In this document: in pieces, positions 61,606 through 64,000 of the stretch
Numbering within the stretch: the first letter of the stretch is position 1
Layout of the letters: every line of letters begins with the position of its first letter
Assembly (NCBI GenBank): GCA_963825065.1
Contig: CAWGRU010000020.1
Span: 17,830 to 81,829 of the forward strand
Source: an uncultured Gemmatimonadales bacterium
GTDB taxonomy: Bacteria > Gemmatimonadota > Gemmatimonadetes > Gemmatimonadales > GWC2-71-9
Length of the DNA stretch: 64,000 nt
Direction: 5' to 3'
Program-made: the position numbers and the translations under genes
Notes under the pieces: generated by a model
Databases searched by the model: none
Told to the model about the DNA's origin: nothing
What the model saw: the letters and a program-made list of their open reading frames with translations, nothing else

Positions 61606-61892
61606 GCAGGGGGGGATAGGGTCGGCGTGAACGCTACCCGGTGGCGCTCGGCACCACAAGCCGAGCGCGCCGCGGGACGGGCCGGGCCGCGCTGATGCTG
61701 CTCGAAGCCATCCCCAAACGGCTCGAACCGATCGGTACTTCCACTGTCCGTCTGACGCGGAGCGGAGTGTAGCACACGCCCCTCACTTTCACGCTGTCTC
61801 GGCGGGTCCATCCCTCACTTGTCGAGCAGTGCCCCGCCGATCCGGGTGACCCCGGTCACCGCCCCGAATTCAGGCCTCCCCCAGACTCCGGT

Positions 61893-63002
61893 GTGGCTAC
61901 ACCATCCTCCGCCCGTCGCCGTGACACCGCGGCGACCTCTGGCGCATCCCAGCGCGATTTCCCAGTGCCATCCGCCGGTGGCCCCGCGCTCTGCCTCCTC
62001 GTGGACGACGATCCCGACCTTCGCCGCGCGATGGCCCACGTCCTCGAGGGGATGGGGCTCTCCTGCATCGAGGCCGGATCGGGCGCGGAGGCGCTGACGA
62101 TTCTCGAGCAGACCGGCGAGGTGCCGCTGCTGGTCTCGGACGTCTCGATGCCCGGGCTCGACGGGCTCGGCCTCCTGCGCGAAGCGCGGCGCCGCTACCC
62201 GGACATGGCGGTGGTCATGCTCTCCGGTGTGCGCGAGGCCGAGACCGCCGTGGATTGCCTTCTCGCCGGGGCTCTCGACTACATCACCAAGCCGGCGCTT
62301 CTCGCCGAGATCCGCTCCCGGGTTCAGCGCGCGCTCGAGAAGCGCGATCTGATGCTCCAGAACCGCTTCTACCAGCAGAACCTCGAGCGGCTGGTGGACC
62401 AGCAGGCGACTCGGCTCAAGGAGCTCTTCCTGGAGGGGGTGCAGACCCTGGTGCATGCGCTGGACGCCAAGGATCCCTACACCCGGGGGCACTCCACCCG
62501 GGTCAGTCACTATGCCGAACGCATCGCGCACCGCATGGGCTTTTCCGGCCAGGCGCTCGAGGATATCCGGCTGGGTGCGGAGCTGCACGACATCGGAAAG
62601 ATCGGCACCCGGGAGGCGGTCCTGAGGAAACCGGGGCCCCTCACCCAGGATGAGTTCACCCACATCACCGAGCACACCGTGCTCGGCGAGCGCATCCTGG
62701 CCCCGCTCGCGCGGGCCAACCCGGTCGTGCTTTCGATCGTCCGCTCGCACCACGAGCGGGTGGACGGTGCCGGGTTCCCGGACCACCTGGACGGGAACCG
62801 GATTCCCTGGGCGGCGCGGATCGTCGCGGTTGCGGATGCGTTCGATGCCATGACGACCGACCGCTCCTATCGAACCTCGCTCACCCCGTCGGGTGCCCTG
62901 AATGAACTGAGCGCCTGCTCCGGCTCCCACTTCGATGCCGAAGTGGTCGAAGCCTTCCGCAACGAGTTCCCCGACCCCGATACGCTGCTCCTGGGACGGT
63001 AA
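61893..63002 (+). CDS. Response regulator with HD-GYP phosphodiesterase domain (start uncertain)
   Basis: REC (LLVDDD, DVSMPG, KP); KDPYTRGHS, LHDIGK, HHERVDGAGFP, VADAFDAMT. Confidence 0.93.
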   Translation: MATPSSARRRDTAATSGASQRDFPVPSAGGPALCLLVDDDPDLRRAMAHVLEGMGLSCIEAGSGAEALTILEQTGEVPLLVSDVSMPGLDGLGLLREARRRYPDMAVVMLSGVREAETAVDCLLAGALDYITKPALLAEIRSRVQRALEKRDLMLQNRFYQQNLERLVDQQATRLKELFLEGVQTLVHALDAKDPYTRGHSTRVSHYAERIAHRMGFSGQALEDIRLGAELHDIGKIGTREAVLRKPGPLTQDEFTHITEHTVLGERILAPLARANPVVLSIVRSHHERVDGAGFPDHLDGNRIPWAARIVAVADAFDAMTTDRSYRTSLTPSGALNELSACSGSHFDAEVVEAFRNEFPDPDTLLLGR

Positions 63003-63047
63003 CCGGGCGCATTCCCGACTTCCCGTTGCTCCGCTAGCTTTCGCCGC

Positions 63048-64000
63048 ATGTCAGATACCCTGATGGTCAGCGTCTCCGGAATGCGCGGAATCGTGGGGAA
63101 GGATCTCACCCCCGAACTCGTGGCCCGGCACGCGGCCGCCCTCGGCGCGTGGGCCCGTGCGAACGGCAAGCCGGTGGTGGTGCTTGGACGCGACGCGCGC
63201 ACCAGCGGACCGATGTTCAACCGCGCCGCCACGGCGGGATTGATGTCGGTCGGGGTGGATGTGATCGACGTCGGCGTCGCCCCGACCCCCACGGTACAGC
63301 TGGCGGTGGAGCATCACCACGCCGGCGCGGGGCTGATTCTCACGGCGAGTCACAATCCGATCGAGTGGAACGCACTCAAGTTCGTCGGGCCCGACGGGAT
63401 CTTTCTCGATGGCGCCGACGGCGCCCGGGTGCGCGCCCTGGCCGAGGCCGGGCCGCCCCGCACCGGGTGGGAGGGTGTCGGTACGGTGCGGGAGGATCAC
63501 GACGCGATCGAACGGCATCTCGCCCAGGTACTGGCGCTACCCATGATCGACGTCGCGCGCATCCGCGCCAGCCGGTTCACCGTGGCGCTCGACTGCGTCC
63601 GGGGAGCGGGAGGGACCACGATTCCGCAACTGCTGGAGCGGCTCGGCTGCACCGTGCGCGCCATCAATCTCGAGACCGATGGCCGCTTCCCGCGGGCCCC
63701 GGAGCCGATCCCGGAGAATCTCGGTGACCTCTCCCGTCTGGTGCGCGAGAGCGGCGCCGCGATCGGGTTCGCGGTCGATCCCGATGTGGACCGGCTGGCA
63801 GTCGTGGACGAGACCGGCTCGCCCATCGGTGAGGACTACACCCTCGCCCTCGCCGTCCGGGCGATGCTGGGCCCGGTGGGGGCGGGGCGCCCACAGGCCC
63901 CGCGGAGCCCGGCACCGGTCGTCGTCGCGAATCTCTCCACCAGCCTCGTGGTCGAGGATGCGGCGCGGCTCGGTGGAGCCCGTTTCGTCCGGGCACCCGT
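63048..64000 (+). CDS. Phosphohexomutase (GlmM/PMM family), truncated by window end; absent from ORF track
   Basis: MSDTLMVSVSGMRG, GRDART, TPT, TASHNP..WNALK, DPDVDRL. Confidence 0.92.
   Translation, partial: MSDTLMVSVSGMRGIVGKDLTPELVARHAAALGAWARANGKPVVVLGRDARTSGPMFNRAATAGLMSVGVDVIDVGVAPTPTVQLAVEHHHAGAGLILTASHNPIEWNALKFVGPDGIFLDGADGARVRALAEAGPPRTGWEGVGTVREDHDAIERHLAQVLALPMIDVARIRASRFTVALDCVRGAGGTTIPQLLERLGCTVRAINLETDGRFPRAPEPIPENLGDLSRLVRESGAAIGFAVDPDVDRLAVVDETGSPIGEDYTLALAVRAMLGPVGAGRPQAPRSPAPVVVANLSTSLVVEDAARLGGARFVRAP

Overview
GC-rich bacterial chromosome segment with about 58 genes. Gene content (multi-TM Hanks kinases, GWxTD protein, futalosine-type menaquinone genes) suggests Gemmatimonadota, but this is inference. 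Scattered single-base indels split several ordinary genes and look like long-read assembly errors. Left to right: (1) an operon of two membrane Ser/Thr kinases, HtrA, an NTT/TLC nucleotide transporter, a secreted atypical-kinase/Omp85-barrel fusion and a second NTT fused to HEAT-like repeats; (2) an M20-asd-dapB-dapA-dapD operon preceded by a Met/Thr/Lys-rich leader peptide and terminator (candidate attenuator); (3) a yybP-ykoY Mn riboswitch heading htpX-terC-multicopper oxidase-MFS; (4) a pterin/Moco cluster; (5) gpmI, guaB, three APC permeases, nrnA, nifU-like, mrp, MATE; (6) ECF sigma with a double-zinc-finger anti-sigma; (7) menaquinone genes; (8) GWxTD, UvrC-like, mutM, second ECF sigma, cupredoxin, purD, M48, metB-like, HD-GYP regulator and a phosphohexomutase truncated by the window end. 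No rRNA, tRNA, CRISPR or transposase was seen. The best candidates for undescribed biology are the NTT/envelope-kinase operon, the aspartate-family attenuator and the Mn-riboswitch multicopper oxidase operon. All product calls come from reading motifs by eye, not from database searches.
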